In this document: piece after piece, positions 11,596 to 22,953 of the stretch | How positions within the stretch are numbered: the stretch's first letter is position 1 | Layout of the letters: every line of letters begins with the position of its first letter | Assembly (NCBI GenBank): GCA_965219415.1 | Contig: CBDCNP010000002.1 | Span: 5,248,001 to 5,312,000, forward strand | Length of the DNA stretch: 64,000 nucleotides | Reading direction: 5' to 3' | Source of the DNA: Candidatus Marinacidobacterales bacterium | Lineage (GTDB): Bacteria > Acidobacteriota > Vicinamibacteria > Marinacidobacterales > DATDRI01 | Notes under the pieces: generated by a model | The model's database searches: none | Told to the model about the DNA's origin: nothing | The model's input: only the letters and a program-made list of their open reading frames with translations | Made by a program: the position numbers and the translations under genes

Positions 11596-12440
11596 CGGCG
11601 GGCAACCGGCGAGACCGACTGCGGGCAATGCTGGCGGACCTGAAGACGCCGGCTGCAGACCGCCATGCGCGCCTCGCGCCTGCCGGCCGTGAAGACCCTG
11701 GCGCAGTTCGACTTCGCCTTCCAGCCCAGCATCAAGCGCGAGCAGATCGAGAGCCTACACGAGCTAGGGTTCCTGGATCGCGGCGAGAATGTGATCTTCC
11801 TCGGCCCGCCGGGAGTCGGGACGACCCATCTGGCGATCAGCCTAGCCATCGCGGCCGCGGAATCCGGCCGCCGCGTTTACTACAGTACGCTGGCAGGTCT
11901 GATCGAGTCGCTCATGGATGCCAAGGCCGCCGGGCAGCTGTCCCGGCGGCTGCGTGTGCTGACGCATCCCGCGTTGCTCGTGGTGGACGAGATCGGCTAC
12001 CTGCCGGTCAACCGGGACGGCACCGTGCTCTTCTTCCAACTGATCAACGCCCGGCACGAACTCGCGTCGACCGTGCTGACCTCCAACAAGGGCTTCGAGG
12101 AATGGGGAAGCGTGCTCGGCGACGAGGTCATGGCGGCGGCGCTGATCGACCGTCTGCTGCACCATTGTCATATCGTCAACATTCGCGGCAACAGCTACCG
12201 CATGCGGGAGCGCCAGAACCTGATGCGGTCCGCGTCCGATCAAGGTCGCGAGGGAGCCGCACCCTGACAGACATGTCCTGTGAATCTGCGACGCGTGGTG
12301 GGTTGCACTCCGCTCCCTCCGCCCAAACCAACACCGACGAGCGCAACCACCGCAAGAGCGTCACCTTCGCGTGGAAGTCATCCACAAAAGTGTGCAATTT
12401 TCGGTTGCCAAAAATGTGCAGTTTTCGATTGCCATTGACA
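11596..12440 (+). mobile_element. istB: IS21-family remnant: istB (partly deleted) and right end
   Basis: FDFAFQP, GPPGVGTTHLA (Walker K lost), LLVVDEIGY, LTSN, IDRLLHH; tandem end repeats ending ATTGACA. Confidence 0.88.
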
Positions 12441-13115
12441 GAGCTGAAGCGATCGCCGCTCGACCGGGACCGACACAAGCGTTACCGCGGAAGCCCGTGT
12501 GCCCACTCGCGCCGGGCGCGGAAGCACCAACGAGCTGTATGGCCGCTCTGCCAGCGGGTTTAGAGCCGCTTGCTCGTCACGTTCGAAGCGCTCGCTCGGC
12601 CTCTCGTTCGTGGTTCCATGCCGACGCACGTTGGCCACCTCGCGCAGCCAAACGGATAGTTGCGCGTCGAGATCGTCGTCGCTGATGAACTCGCGGCCGT
12701 ACACAAAGTTGTCGCGGACATAGCGAATTGCTCTCTCCACCTTGCCTTTCGTCTTCGCCCGATACGGACGACACGCCCGCACCCGGAACTGCCAGTGGTA
12801 GGCGAAGCGAAGAAACTCGGCATTCTCCACTAGTGCGCAAAGTCGACCTGCGCCTGGTGACCCGGTGCCGTTTCGAAGCGAACCACCGCCTCGCGCGTCG
12901 AAGGACGAACCTGGCGCACGTACTCTTTCACCTGCGTGTAGCCGCCTGCGTAACCCGCCGCTTGGAGTTCCTCGTACACTCGCACCGCGCTCAGCAACGG
13001 GAACTCCTCCAGTCGTGACTGAATGATCCCCTTGTACCGATCGATCTTACGAACTACCGCCTAGCGCTTCTTGTAACGGAACACCTCATCGTCCAGCTCA
13101 CGATCCAGCTGGCCT
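12441..13115 (-). pseudogene. istA: IS21-family istA fragments
   Basis: RACRPYRAKTKGKVERAIRYVRDNF, ANVRRHGTT.ERP; upstream RFETAPGHQAQVDF in another frame. Confidence 0.8.
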
Positions 13116-13129
13116 GACGCAATCCAGCG

Positions 13130-13545
13130 CCGAAATGGCGGTCGCGAACATCACGTGGGGCGAAGAGAGAATCGCCCACGAGCTCCTCGTCAAGCTTGGC
13201 ATCCGCGTCTCGCCGCGCACTGTTCGGAAGTACATACCAATTCGAGATGACAGCGGCCCAGACCGGCGCAATTCGTCGCATCGCTGGGCGACATTCGTGG
13301 GAATCACGCAAAAGCGATCGTCGCTGCGGATTTCTTCAACGTAGTCACCGCCAGCTTTCGCGTGCTTTACGTCTTCGTCATCATGGAAATCGGCACCCGC
13401 AAGATGCTTCACTTCAACGTGACGGCGCATCCGACCGCGGAGCGGACGCTGCAGCAGTTCCGGGAGCGATTGGGTGCGAGCACGACTATCGATTCGTCAT
13501 CGTAGACCGCGATGGCAAGTTCTCAGCAGACCTCCGCCCGCCCCG
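13130..13545 (+). pseudogene. rve-family transposase fragments
   Basis: WGEERIAHELLVKLGIRVSPRTVRKY, DFF.VVTASFRVLYVFV, HFNVTAHPT, VDRDGKF. Confidence 0.75.
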
Positions 13546-13547
13546 CG

Positions 13548-13800
13548 TGTTAGCGGCGGACGTAAATTGCACATTTGTGGCGGGCGAAAATGGCATACTC
13601 GGCGCCCCTCTGAACAGGGCTGTGTCCGAGTGGGAGTGAGCCTGACGGAGCCACGGCCCTTCGGTCAAAGTACCGCATCCGATTTGGAGGCGGTGATGCA
13701 CGGAAGGGAGAAACGCGTGTTGCTACGAGAGTATCTTTCGCGCGGCGTGTCGAAGAGCGCGCTGGCGAGCAAGTTGGGGATTGGTCGTCGCACGATCCAC
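13548..13800 (+). mobile_element. IS21-family left end and istA N-terminus
   Basis: TGTTAGCGGCGGACGTAAATTGCACA with repeated subterminal motif; MHGREKRVLLREYLSRGVSKSALA HTH. Confidence 0.7.
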
Positions 13801-14262
13801 CGATCAGTTGCTTCAGCTCCTCTGGCAGTGTTGGACGTCCTTTTGGCCGAGACTTCCAACGCCAGAACAGCCGAAACCCTTTCCGGTGCCACAGAACGAG
13901 CGTATCGGGCTTGACCACGATAAGGGCTTCCTTCCATCGAATAGCCTCGCGAGAGTCGCCATCGTGAGCCGTGTGGCGTTATCCGTGCGCAGAGGCGCCT
14001 GCTTACGCTCGACAAAGAACGTAAGCTGCTTCCGAAGGAAGAGATTCTCTGCGGCGAGGGCGCTGCGCGAGCGGCATAGGTTGCAAGCAAACGCGATGGC
14101 GTCCGGAACAATAGACCGGATATTCGAAAACAGTGGCACGAGCGAGCCTCTCCACGTTCCTAAGACGCCGGTGGCGTCGTCGGGTCGACCCGGCACGAAG
14201 CACCCGAGCATGGCAGGTCTAAACCGCGCAATCAACGCTGGAGCGACTTTTTGCGGAGCACA
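13801..14262 (-). mobile_element. rve-family N-terminal remnant with type B terminus
   Basis: LAAENLFLRKQL, VKPDTLVLWHRKGFRLFWRWKS..GRP; terminus TGTGCTCCGCAAAAAGTC. Confidence 0.8.
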
Positions 14263-14339
14263 CCCACGTCCGGACGCCCAAAGGGGGGTGGCGCCGTGCG
14301 GCGGCAGAAAAGTAGGCCGCCCGAGCGGTCCAGAATGGG

Positions 14340-15245
14340 TCAGCGGGTCGCAGTCCCTGTCGGGAACATGCTCGCGATGTTGTCCATGGGCTGGAGGACG
14401 GCCGGTCCAACATCTTCAATGTTCGTGTCCACCAGCGGCTTCAGCGTAAAGGGGGCAGGACGATTGTCTGGCTCCGGTTCGATCGACACAACCGCCTGGT
14501 AGCCGATCAGCGGAACCAACGGCGTGATGAACTCCTGCCCTGGGAATGGCGGCGTGCCATCCGGACCCCTCGCCGGTCCACCCGCGTCCGAGTCGTCACC
14601 CGTCACCTGAGTGAATCGGCCCGTCGACACCGGGCCTTCGGGGCCGACCACCCAGCCCTCGTAGACCCAGCCCGCCGGCAACACCGGCAGCACCAGCGAC
14701 GCACTCGGACCGGCAGGGTCGAGCCACCAGATGCCCGACGCGTAGTCACCCGCCACAGCGGCCGTCGAAGGGGTCTCCAGGATGAAGCTCCCGGACGCGG
14801 ATGCGAAGTCGCTCCCCAGCGCTGCAGCGTCCGCCACAGAAAGCGCAGCGCTGTTTCCAGCGAAGTCACCGGCGAGATACTTCGTCCCCGACGGCGCGGG
14901 GTCAGAATCCGGCGAAGGCTCAATGCTTAGGATGAACTTCGTCGCAGACGACAGCGCGGCCTCATCGACGGGAAAGTCGCGTTGACTCAAGCTGCCATCG
15001 GCACGGACCCTGAAAGTGCCCGTCGAGACGGGACTGCCGTCCACCAGGATCCAGCCCTCGTAGACGAAATCAGAACCCAGACGCTGGAGACCGTTGAACG
15101 ACAACCCGAGACCCATCGAGCTGGATCCGGTGGGGGTGTTCTGGCTGGGCCCCGTGGGACTGTCGTTGTCGTCGCCACACGCGGTGACCAGCAACGACAA
15201 TAGCAAAATCACACACACATCAATCTGGCTATTCTGTCGAACCAT
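14340..15245 (-). CDS. Lipoprotein with two repeated domains (anti-sigma factor RskA-like)
   Basis: Lipobox LVTAC; duplicated YEGW.......STG.F and SIEP.PD..PAP motifs. Confidence 0.7.
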   Translation of the reverse strand: MVRQNSQIDVCVILLLSLLVTACGDDNDSPTGPSQNTPTGSSSMGLGLSFNGLQRLGSDFVYEGWILVDGSPVSTGTFRVRADGSLSQRDFPVDEAALSSATKFILSIEPSPDSDPAPSGTKYLAGDFAGNSAALSVADAAALGSDFASASGSFILETPSTAAVAGDYASGIWWLDPAGPSASLVLPVLPAGWVYEGWVVGPEGPVSTGRFTQVTGDDSDAGGPARGPDGTPPFPGQEFITPLVPLIGYQAVVSIEPEPDNRPAPFTLKPLVDTNIEDVGPAVLQPMDNIASMFPTGTATR

Positions 15246-15441
15246 CGAAACCTCCTTTGTACCTCCTGCGGCCGAAGCAGATCACCGTCGCTGTCCTCCC
15301 AGGAGACGTTCCGGAGCCAGTTGAAGGTAGATGGCGGCTCCAGTCATCGCTATTCTAGTTGATCTCTCCTCACGAACAAAGTTTTTGTCCAGGGCGAGCT
15401 CCTTGAGCTTGGCTTCTAAGATGGGGAGTGATTCGAAGCCC

Positions 15442-15608
15442 GGTGCTTCCGCCATTAAAGTGTTGGTGAGATGACGCTAACACTTTACGCTGCATTAAAT
15501 TACAGCCAAAATAGCGCTCGCGACCTTCCCCGCGCGCTAAATGGAGCGTAAGCGCTTTTTTTGCAATGGGATACGTACACATCACCAACAGCAAACAGCG
15601 CAAGCACC
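15442..15608 (+). mobile_element. IS1-type MITE, copy 2
   Basis: Near-identical to 9554-9719. Confidence 0.9.
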
Positions 15609-15700
15609 TCAGTCCGAGCGCAAGGTGCGCTCCCGTGAACGGCTTGGCGGGTTGCTACGTTTCTACCATCGGGAAGCCGCATGAGTATTTTGACCTCACG
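15609..15700 (+). mobile_element. Type C rve-element right terminus
   Basis: GGTTGCTACGTTTCTACCATCGGGAAGCCGCATGAGTATTTTGACCTCACG, repeated several times. Confidence 0.8.
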
Positions 15701-15753
15701 GGGTCCCCGGAACCTATTCGCTCCTATAACGGCCCGGAGATTACGGCTGCGGC

Positions 15754-16953
15754 GGTGCTTCCGCCATGAAGTGTTGGTGGCTGCCGCGTAACCCGTTCGC
15801 GTGCTAGAGTTTGAACCAGAATTCTGAAGACACAGTTCTCTCATCGTCAGGGCCGAGCCGAAGTGAAGAATCGCAGATGTCTCAATCCCGTATGTCCGTC
15901 GTATGGAAAAGTCGGTTCCAGAAGCATTATTCACAACGGATTCTACAGAACGAGGTCCGGGAAACGCCGTCGATATCGGTGCGGCGAGTGCGGAAAGACG
16001 TTCTCTTCGACGAAAGGCACGCCCTACTACCGTCTCCAACATCGAAGAGCTACTTTCGATGGGGTCATCGCTCTCAGAGTCGAGGGTGTCAGCATTACTG
16101 CGATTTCCCGGATCAAAGGGATTGCCTGGAACACCGTCGCCCGCTGGCTCGAGAAGGCAGCCCAAGTGTGTCGTCGATTCAATCACAGAAGGATCGCCGG
16201 CTTCGCTGCCGAAGAGCTTCAAGCCGACGAGATTCGCACGTTCGCGGGCAACAAGAAGACGCCGAGTTGGGTCTTCGTTACGATCGAGGTCTGGTCTCGG
16301 CTCTGGCCATCGACGGTGACGGGAAGGCGAAGCTACCGGAACACTCACGCTCTGTTTCGCGACCTTTCGAGGCGGATGAATTTCGAGCGTCTTCCCTTGA
16401 TCGTCACGGATGGATTCGAATTCTACCAGAAGGTCATCCGTCGCTTCTTCGGTCCAGCGTGTCTCTACGGCCAGGTCCTCAAGACGCGCAGGAACGATCG
16501 TATCATCAAGGTCGAACGGAGAGCGCTGCACGGAGCCGCGTGGCGATTCGAAGACGCGCTCAATAACTCCGAGGACTCCTCAACATTGAACACGTCGTTC
16601 ATCGAGCGGTTGAATCTGACCATCCGGCAAAGCTCGGCATACCTTTCAAGACGAACACTTTCCCACGCTCGCTCGACGGAGAGGCTCGATGAGCACCTGG
16701 AGTTGCTCCGTTGCTATTACAACTTCGTCCGACCGCACGGAGCTCTGAAGTTCGGACGTGAGATCCGAACTCCGGCTATGCAAGCCGGTCTGACCACGCG
16801 ACGGCTCACCTTTCGAGACATCTTCTTGGCGACGACGATTCCTTTGTGGTTGCGGATCGAGGTTTTCCTGCTCACTAGGGCGCGCAACCCGGTCTCTTCC
16901 ACACCTGTACCACTGCCCGCAGCCGCGTAGCAACACTTGATGGCGGAAGCACC
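15754..16953 (+). mobile_element. Complete IS1-family element (1200 bp), no TSD
   Basis: TIRs GGTGCTTCCGCCATGAAGTGTTG / CAACACTTGATGGCGGAAGCACC. Confidence 0.92.
15863..16930 (+). CDS. IS1-family transposase (single ORF: Zn finger, HTH, DDE)
   Basis: C..P.C...RYRCGECGKTF, QADEIRTF, VTDG..FY, NTSFIERLNLTIRQ, YNFVRPH, TPAMQAGL. Confidence 0.9.
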   Translation: MKNRRCLNPVCPSYGKVGSRSIIHNGFYRTRSGKRRRYRCGECGKTFSSTKGTPYYRLQHRRATFDGVIALRVEGVSITAISRIKGIAWNTVARWLEKAAQVCRRFNHRRIAGFAAEELQADEIRTFAGNKKTPSWVFVTIEVWSRLWPSTVTGRRSYRNTHALFRDLSRRMNFERLPLIVTDGFEFYQKVIRRFFGPACLYGQVLKTRRNDRIIKVERRALHGAAWRFEDALNNSEDSSTLNTSFIERLNLTIRQSSAYLSRRTLSHARSTERLDEHLELLRCYYNFVRPHGALKFGREIRTPAMQAGLTTRRLTFRDIFLATTIPLWLRIEVFLLTRARNPVSSTPVPLPAAA

Positions 16954-17073
16954 TCTTTTGCCTCTTTAGCTCGTCGATCTAGTCAAGTGCGCCGTTGAGC
17001 CCAAAGATGGAATAGAAACAGGTCCAAGTCAAAACCTGCTGCGAGGAATGCCGATACGGCGGTGGCCAGATCC

Positions 17074-17231
17074 CGTGAGGTCAAAATACTTATGCGCTTC
17101 CAGATGGTAGAAACGTAGCAACCTGCCAAGCCGTTCACGGGAGCGCAGCTTGCGCTCGGACTGAGGTAACTGGTCGGTGGCTGGGAACAGCAGCAGATTC
17201 TCCTTGCCTTGATGATTCCCGTCGTGTCCAA
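17074..17231 (-). mobile_element. Type C terminus, rve C-terminal stub and clipped type A terminus
   Basis: CGTGAGGTCAAAATACT; NHQGKENLLLFP; CCCGTCGTGTCCAA abuts IS256. Confidence 0.7.
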
Positions 17232-18548
17232 GGATGTGCCCCGAGGTCCGTGGAAAAAGAACGGTGCCCTCCACTCCGTCATCAGAATATCATATCAGGC
17301 GGCAACCTCCGCGTGTTCGAGAACCTCGCTCAGACGTTGGTAGCCGTCGATGCGTCGTAGTTGAATCTGGCCAGAGGCGATAAGCCCAAACAGCAAAGCG
17401 ACCGCAGACTCCTCGCTGGAGAACGACGCTTGGGTTTTCGTCCGGCGTCGAAACTCGCGGTTGAGATTCTCCAGAGCTTTGGTCGTTCGAAACGGTTTCC
17501 ACATGGCACGAGGGAATTCGTAGAAGGTCAGCAGCTGATTACCGGCCTCCTCTAGGCTTCGGACGACGGCCGGCGCGAGAGGCGTCCACTTGGCGACGAG
17601 CTCGTCATAGGCTTTGCGAGCATCGAACCCGTTCTTGGCGTAGACGATCCGGTTGTAGTCACGCCGGAGCTCACGGCGTGCGTGCGCCGGGCAATGTTGG
17701 AGCAAGTTGGCGCGCTTGTGCTCGGTACATCGCTGCAACCGGCACCCCGGCCACTTCTCCAGCGCTTTCGTCAGCCCCTTGTGGCCGTCGCTGATCACTA
17801 GCTTGGGAGCCCGGAGTCCTCGAGCCTGGAGTCCCTCCAGCACGGAGCCCCAATGCGTCGAGGCTTCGCTCACCGCCAGACGCAATGACAACAGACGTTT
17901 GTGCCCGTCTGGCGCGACCCCGAGCGCGGCCAGTACGGGTACGCTGATCACACGTTTCGCCATCCGCACTTTACGGTTCTGCCATTCCTCGAAGCGCTCC
18001 TTCAGCCGGCTAACCACGCGAGACACCGCGCTCTTCGATAGGTGCTCCTCACCGAGCAGTGGTTTCAGCGCTTTGCGGACCCGGCGGCTATTCGCGCCCG
18101 ACAAGTACGTCCCCAAGAGCGCCTCGTCGATCTCACGAGTCCGGCGCGCGTACCGGGGGCAACAGCTCGCTCCTGAACTCTGTCGTTTCTCCCGTTTCCT
18201 CGTCTCGCACGCGGGCTCGTGGCACCCGGAGCTCGCGAGTTCCCACCGACGTCGTCACGCGACGGGTTTCGGCTCCGTTGCGATATCCACGGCGGTCTTC
18301 CGCACGCTCGTAGCTACAACACCCCAGCGCTTGGTCGACTTCTTCCTCGAGCACAACCTCGATCGCCTCCAGTACCCGCATACGCAGCCGAAGTTGGACG
18401 AACTCCCGGTACTCGCTTACAGACTCCTTCAATATGGTGGTAGGCTTCTTCATGGCGTAATCCTCCTCCTCGCCTTTCCAGGCGCGGTTTCGTTTTGCTT
18501 AACCGGAGGTTACGCCATTCTTATTTCCACGGGAAGCGGGACGGATCC
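17232..18548 (-). mobile_element. IS256-family element, inactive copy (frameshift and 51-nt deletion)
   Basis: TIRs GGATCCGTCCCGCTTCCCGTGGAAA / TTTCCACGGACCTCGGGGCACATCC; GYRNG, ISDGHKGL, LENLNREFRRRTK. Confidence 0.9.
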
Positions 18549-18593
18549 TGCTGAAGTGGACGGCGCAACAAATGGTCCATGCTTTTCCATGGG

Positions 18594-18704
18594 CGTCTGG
18601 TCAAAATACTCGAACGCCCAGTGGATCAGCAGCTTGCACCTTACGGCTTGGCGGGTTGCTACGTTTCTACCATCGGGAAGCCGCATGAGTATTTTGACCT
18701 CGCG
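18594..18704. mobile_element. 111-bp MITE (type C ends)
   Basis: 18-bp TIR CGTCTGGTCAAAATACTC / GAGTATTTTGACCTCGCG. Confidence 0.85.
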
Positions 18705-18798
18705 CCAATCAGAAAGTCTCCCGGAACACGGTTCGCAACGTGGTGCAAAGCGGAAAGATTTCGCCTCGCCATGAGCGCATGGTTTATCTTTTCGGCGT

Positions 18799-19707
18799 TC
18801 AGTCCAATGCGATGAAGGGATAGGTAAACAGCATCAAGTGCACCAAATTCAGTGTGAAATGCACCAGGATGCTTGCTTCGACACGCTGTGTGAGCTGGTA
18901 GGCTGCGCCGTATCCGATACCGGCAAGAGTTGCAAGGAAGGCATACGCAATACCGCCACCGATGTGTGCAATACCAAAAGCGGCCGCAGCGACGAGCAGC
19001 GCTACGAGACCTGCTGAAGGAACGCTCGCACGCAACGCCTTCGCCAAATGCCGCTGTAGGAGGCCCCGGAAGAACGTCTCCTCGGCGAGGCATGTCACCA
19101 ACAGATTCGCCGGAACCCACATGACGAGGATCGAAGGCCATTTTGGGTTCCAAACTACGAACCCCATCACCAAGGCAGGCACGACTACCAAAGCGGGTGT
19201 GAGGACGACGAGCACCGTAGTGGTGATGATCACGCTGCTCCACTCCGTCCTTTGCTGCGGCTGCACACACACCACGTAGAGCAAGACGCCCGCGAGTGCC
19301 TTGTCGTAATTCCAATACAGCGTGTACAGCTCCGCCGAGTGTGATACGGCCACAGCATCGAAGACGAGAACGTTGTTGATCCACGGTATTTGATGGGCAG
19401 CTAGCATGACGGCACAGATCACGAGCGTGCCCCACGCTAGGGTACGCACTGGCGTGGAAAACGTAGAACGCATGGCCGCAAAACATGCCACCGCAAACAG
19501 CGCGATGACCACTAGCCCCACCCATTCGACAATACCGCCGTTCACCGCGGCGACGATGGAGAGACTTGTAAAGATCGGCCATCCGGAACGGACACCCAGG
19601 AACATCGCCACTCCCAATGCGGACCAGAGGAACAAGTAAGGGAGTCCGTTCGCTAAATCGATCGTCACGGTTCGGTTCTGTTGACCTTCACCCGATCTTA
19701 GGCCCAA
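18799..19707 (-). CDS. CPBP/CAAX (Abi-family) intramembrane metalloprotease; start uncertain
   Basis: AEETFFRGLLQ, FGIAH, HFTLN motifs; multi-TM. Confidence 0.9.
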   Translation of the reverse strand: MGLRSGEGQQNRTVTIDLANGLPYLFLWSALGVAMFLGVRSGWPIFTSLSIVAAVNGGIVEWVGLVVIALFAVACFAAMRSTFSTPVRTLAWGTLVICAVMLAAHQIPWINNVLVFDAVAVSHSAELYTLYWNYDKALAGVLLYVVCVQPQQRTEWSSVIITTTVLVVLTPALVVVPALVMGFVVWNPKWPSILVMWVPANLLVTCLAEETFFRGLLQRHLAKALRASVPSAGLVALLVAAAAFGIAHIGGGIAYAFLATLAGIGYGAAYQLTQRVEASILVHFTLNLVHLMLFTYPFIALD

Positions 19708-19885
19708 CTCGAGAGAGAGGAATAGGCGAATGTGGAATGCTAGCTGGCCTCGTGTTCCTTGAGAAACTGTCCCGTCTGGTCAAAATACTCGAATGCCCAG
19801 CGGATCAGCAGTTTGCATCTTTCCAAAGGCTGCTTGAATCCGCCATCGCGGTCGGATACGTATTCCAGTTCAGCGGAAGGAGTCG

Positions 19886-21255
19886 GGATCCGTCCCGCTT
19901 CCCGTGGAAATAAGAATGGCGTAACCTCCGGTTAAGCAAAACGAAACCGCGCCTGGAAAGGCGAGGAGGAGGATTACGCCATGAAGAAGCCTACCACCAT
20001 ATTGAAGGAGTCTGTAAGCGAGTACCGGGAGTTCGTCCAACTTCGGCTGCGTATGCGGGTACTGGAGGCGATCGAGGTTGTGCTCGAGGAAGAAGTCGAC
20101 CAAGCGCTGGGGTGTTGTAGCTACGAGCGTGCGGAAGACCGCCGTGGATATCGCAACGGAGCCGAAACCCGTCGCGTGACGACGTCGGTGGGAACTCGCG
20201 AGCTCCGGGTGCCACGAGCCCGCGTGCGAGACGAGGAAACGGGAGAAACGACAGAGTTCAGGAGCGAGCTGTTGCCCCCGGTACGCGCGCCGGACTCGTG
20301 AGGTCGACGAGGCGCTCTTGGGGACGTACTTGTCGGGCGCGAATAGCCGCCGGGTCCGCAAAGCGCTGAAACCACTGCTCGGTGGGGAGCACCTATCGAA
20401 GAGCGCGGTGTCTCGCGTGGTTAGCCGGCTGAAGGAGCGCTTCGAGGAATGGCAGAACCGTGCTCTCAGCGAGGAGGTCTACGCGATCGTTTACCTGGAC
20501 GGCTTCCACCTGAAAGTGCGGATGGCGAAACGTGTGATCAGCGTACCCGTACTGGCCGCGCTCGGGGTCGCGCCAGACGGGCACAAACGTCTGTTGTCAT
20601 TGCGTCTGGCGGTGAGCGAAGCCTCGACGCATTGGGGCTCCGTGCTGGAGGGACTCCAGGCTCGAGGACTCCGGGCTCCCAAGCTAGTGATCAGCGACGG
20701 CCACAAGGGGCTGACGAAAGCGCTGGAGAAGTGGCCGGGGTGCCGGTTGCAGCGATGTACCGAGCACAAGCGCGCCAACTTGCTCCAACATTGCCCGGCG
20801 CACGCACGCCGTGAGCTCCGGCGTGACCACAACCGGATCGTCTACGCCAAGAACGGGTTCGATGCTCGCAAAGCCTATGACGAGCTCGTCGCCAAGTGGA
20901 CGCCTCTCGCGCCGGCCGTCGTCCGAAGCCTAGAGGAGGCCGGTAATCAGCTGGGCTGACCTTCTACGAATTCCCTCGTGCCATGTGGAAATCGATTCGA
21001 ACGACCAAAGCTCTGGAGAATCTCAACCGCGAGTTTCGACGCCGGACGAAAACCCAAGCGTCGTTCTCCAGCGAGGAGTCTGCGGTCGCTTTGCTGTTTG
21101 GGCTTATCGCCTCTGGCTAGATTCAACTACGACGCATCGACGGCTACCAACGTCTGAGCGAGGTTCTCGAACACGCGAAGGTTGCCGCCTGATATGATAC
21201 TCTGATGACGGAGTGGAGGGTGCCGTTCTTTTTCCACGAACCTCGGGACACATCC
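19886..21255 (+). mobile_element. IS256-family element, second copy (two frameshifts)
   Basis: Inverted near-identical copy of 17232-18548; ORF pieces 19981-20301, 20318-20959 and tail to about 21193. Confidence 0.9.
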
Positions 21256-21470
21256 ACTCAGCAGAAGGATGTTCGGTGACATCGAAATGAACGATCCGGC
21301 GACGGTCGTGGCGAAGGACGATGAAGACGAACAGAACTCTGAAGGTTGCGGTCGGCAAAGTGAAAAAGTCGAGCGACACCAAGTCTTTTTGGCCCGGTCG
21401 CAAACCCAAACACAAAGCTGCTGATTTATGGTCTATTTCAAAGGGGGCCGAGTTTTGGCACAGGACGGGG
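21256..21470 (-). mobile_element. rve fragment with type D terminus
   Basis: DFFTLPTATFRVLFVFIVLRHDRRRIVHFDVTEHP; CCCCGTCCTGTGCCAAAACTC. Confidence 0.75.
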
Positions 21471-21557
21471 GCGCATCATGGACGAGTGTGTCGATTGATT
21501 TCGAGCCATTGCAACTAAGCGTAAAACTCGGGCGTTGAGACCGGAAAGGAGAACTTC

Positions 21558-22712
21558 ATGAAACGAAGAGAGTTTCTTCACGCCTCCGCGGCCGTGGGTG
21601 CGGCCATGGCGGGTGCCGCGCGCAAGAGTCCAGCGCTGGAGCGAGGAGGGCAGGGCCTGTCCGGAGAGGAGCTGGCCGATCGCAGCACCCAACGGGATCC
21701 TTGGGAAGTCCAGCGCTCGACCATCGTGGTCAACGGATGCGACCCCTCGGAGCTCAGCGTCGAGTACTTGAGAATGCTGAAGGCGGGAGGGGTGAATTGC
21801 CAGGCAAAGAGCGTAGGCGCAGGCGGTTTGGGCGACGTCCAGTTGTTTGCCGATCTCTACAATTTCCTGGATCAGCACCCGAACGAGATTGTTCCCGTCA
21901 CCAAGGTGTCGGAAGTACGCCAAGCTCATCAGCAGGACAAGATCGGATTGGTCTTCGCCTGGCAGTCGGCCAATGAGCTGGCCGAGGCGCGGGGCGAGCC
22001 CCCTCCGACCGCCCTCCGGGCCTTCTATCATCTGGGCATCCGCATTATCGGCATCTCCTACCAAGTGTCTAATATTTTTGGAGGGGGCGTGCTCGATCCG
22101 GAAATCGGCCTGACCCAGGCCGGACGGCGCCTCGTCGAAGAGATCCACACGTTGGGTCTGGTCCTAGACATCGGAGGCCATGCCAGCGAGAAGACGAGCT
22201 TCGATGCGATAGAGATGTCGTCCGAGACTCCCGTCATCTCGAGTCACACCAACGTCGCAGCTATCGTCAACAACATTCGCTGTATCAGCGACCGGCTCAT
22301 GGAGGCTATTGCCAAGACCGGAGGCGTCATCGGCATCTCCGCCATCAGTGACTATCATGTGCGCGACCGCAAGGATGCACACATTCCGCGAAGCCCTCAC
22401 GCCACCTTGGAACAGCACCTCGACCAGTTCGAATATGTCCGCAAGTTGGTCGGAGTAGACCACGTTGGCTTGGGGCCCGACTTCGTCGTCGGCCGGGTGG
22501 AGCCACAGGTGGAGGCGGAGGTCGACCGCTTCACGATTCCGAAAACCATGGTCGGAGAGCCCCCTTGGCTTTTCGTCAAAGGCTTCGAAGATATCACCGA
22601 GCTCCCGAACGTAACGCGAGGCTTTATCCAGCGAGGCTGGTCAACGGAAGACATTCACAAGGTTCTGGGAGGGAACTGGCTTCGGGTGTACGAAAAGATC
22701 TGGGGCGGCTAG
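21558..22712 (+). CDS. Tat-exported membrane dipeptidase (M19)-like amidohydrolase
   Basis: KRREFL Tat motif; GLTQAGRRLVEEI, PVISSH, GGVIGI, GVDHVGLGPDF, KVLGGNWLRV. Confidence 0.88.
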   Translation: MKRREFLHASAAVGAAMAGAARKSPALERGGQGLSGEELADRSTQRDPWEVQRSTIVVNGCDPSELSVEYLRMLKAGGVNCQAKSVGAGGLGDVQLFADLYNFLDQHPNEIVPVTKVSEVRQAHQQDKIGLVFAWQSANELAEARGEPPPTALRAFYHLGIRIIGISYQVSNIFGGGVLDPEIGLTQAGRRLVEEIHTLGLVLDIGGHASEKTSFDAIEMSSETPVISSHTNVAAIVNNIRCISDRLMEAIAKTGGVIGISAISDYHVRDRKDAHIPRSPHATLEQHLDQFEYVRKLVGVDHVGLGPDFVVGRVEPQVEAEVDRFTIPKTMVGEPPWLFVKGFEDITELPNVTRGFIQRGWSTEDIHKVLGGNWLRVYEKIWGG

Positions 22713-22787
22713 TACCGCAAAAGGAGGAGGGCTTTATGCCAAGCATCCTAGCTCAAGTGGCGAGAGGTCCGCGTTGGCGTCCTGTGC

Positions 22788-22953
22788 GGTGCTTCCGCCA
22801 TTAAGTGTTGGTGAGATGACGCTAAGACCCTACGGTGCATTAAATTACAGCCAAAATAACGCTCACGACCTTCGCTGCGCGCTAAATGAAGGGTAAGCGC
22901 CTTTTTTGCATAGGGATGCGTACACATCACCAACAGTAAACAGCGCAAGCACC
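22788..22953 (+). mobile_element. IS1-type MITE, copy 3
   Basis: Near-identical to 9554-9719; left flank CGTCCTGTGC is the start of a type D terminus. Confidence 0.9.

Noticed and set aside
10974-12563. 529-aa ORF as a novel protein
   Set aside because: Accidental read-through of IS5, rve and out-of-frame istB fragments.
15500-16566. Long antisense and alternate-frame ORFs over IS1 (also over IS3, IS256 and other genes)
   Set aside because: Shadow ORFs typical of GC-rich coding DNA; they recur only because the elements are repeated.
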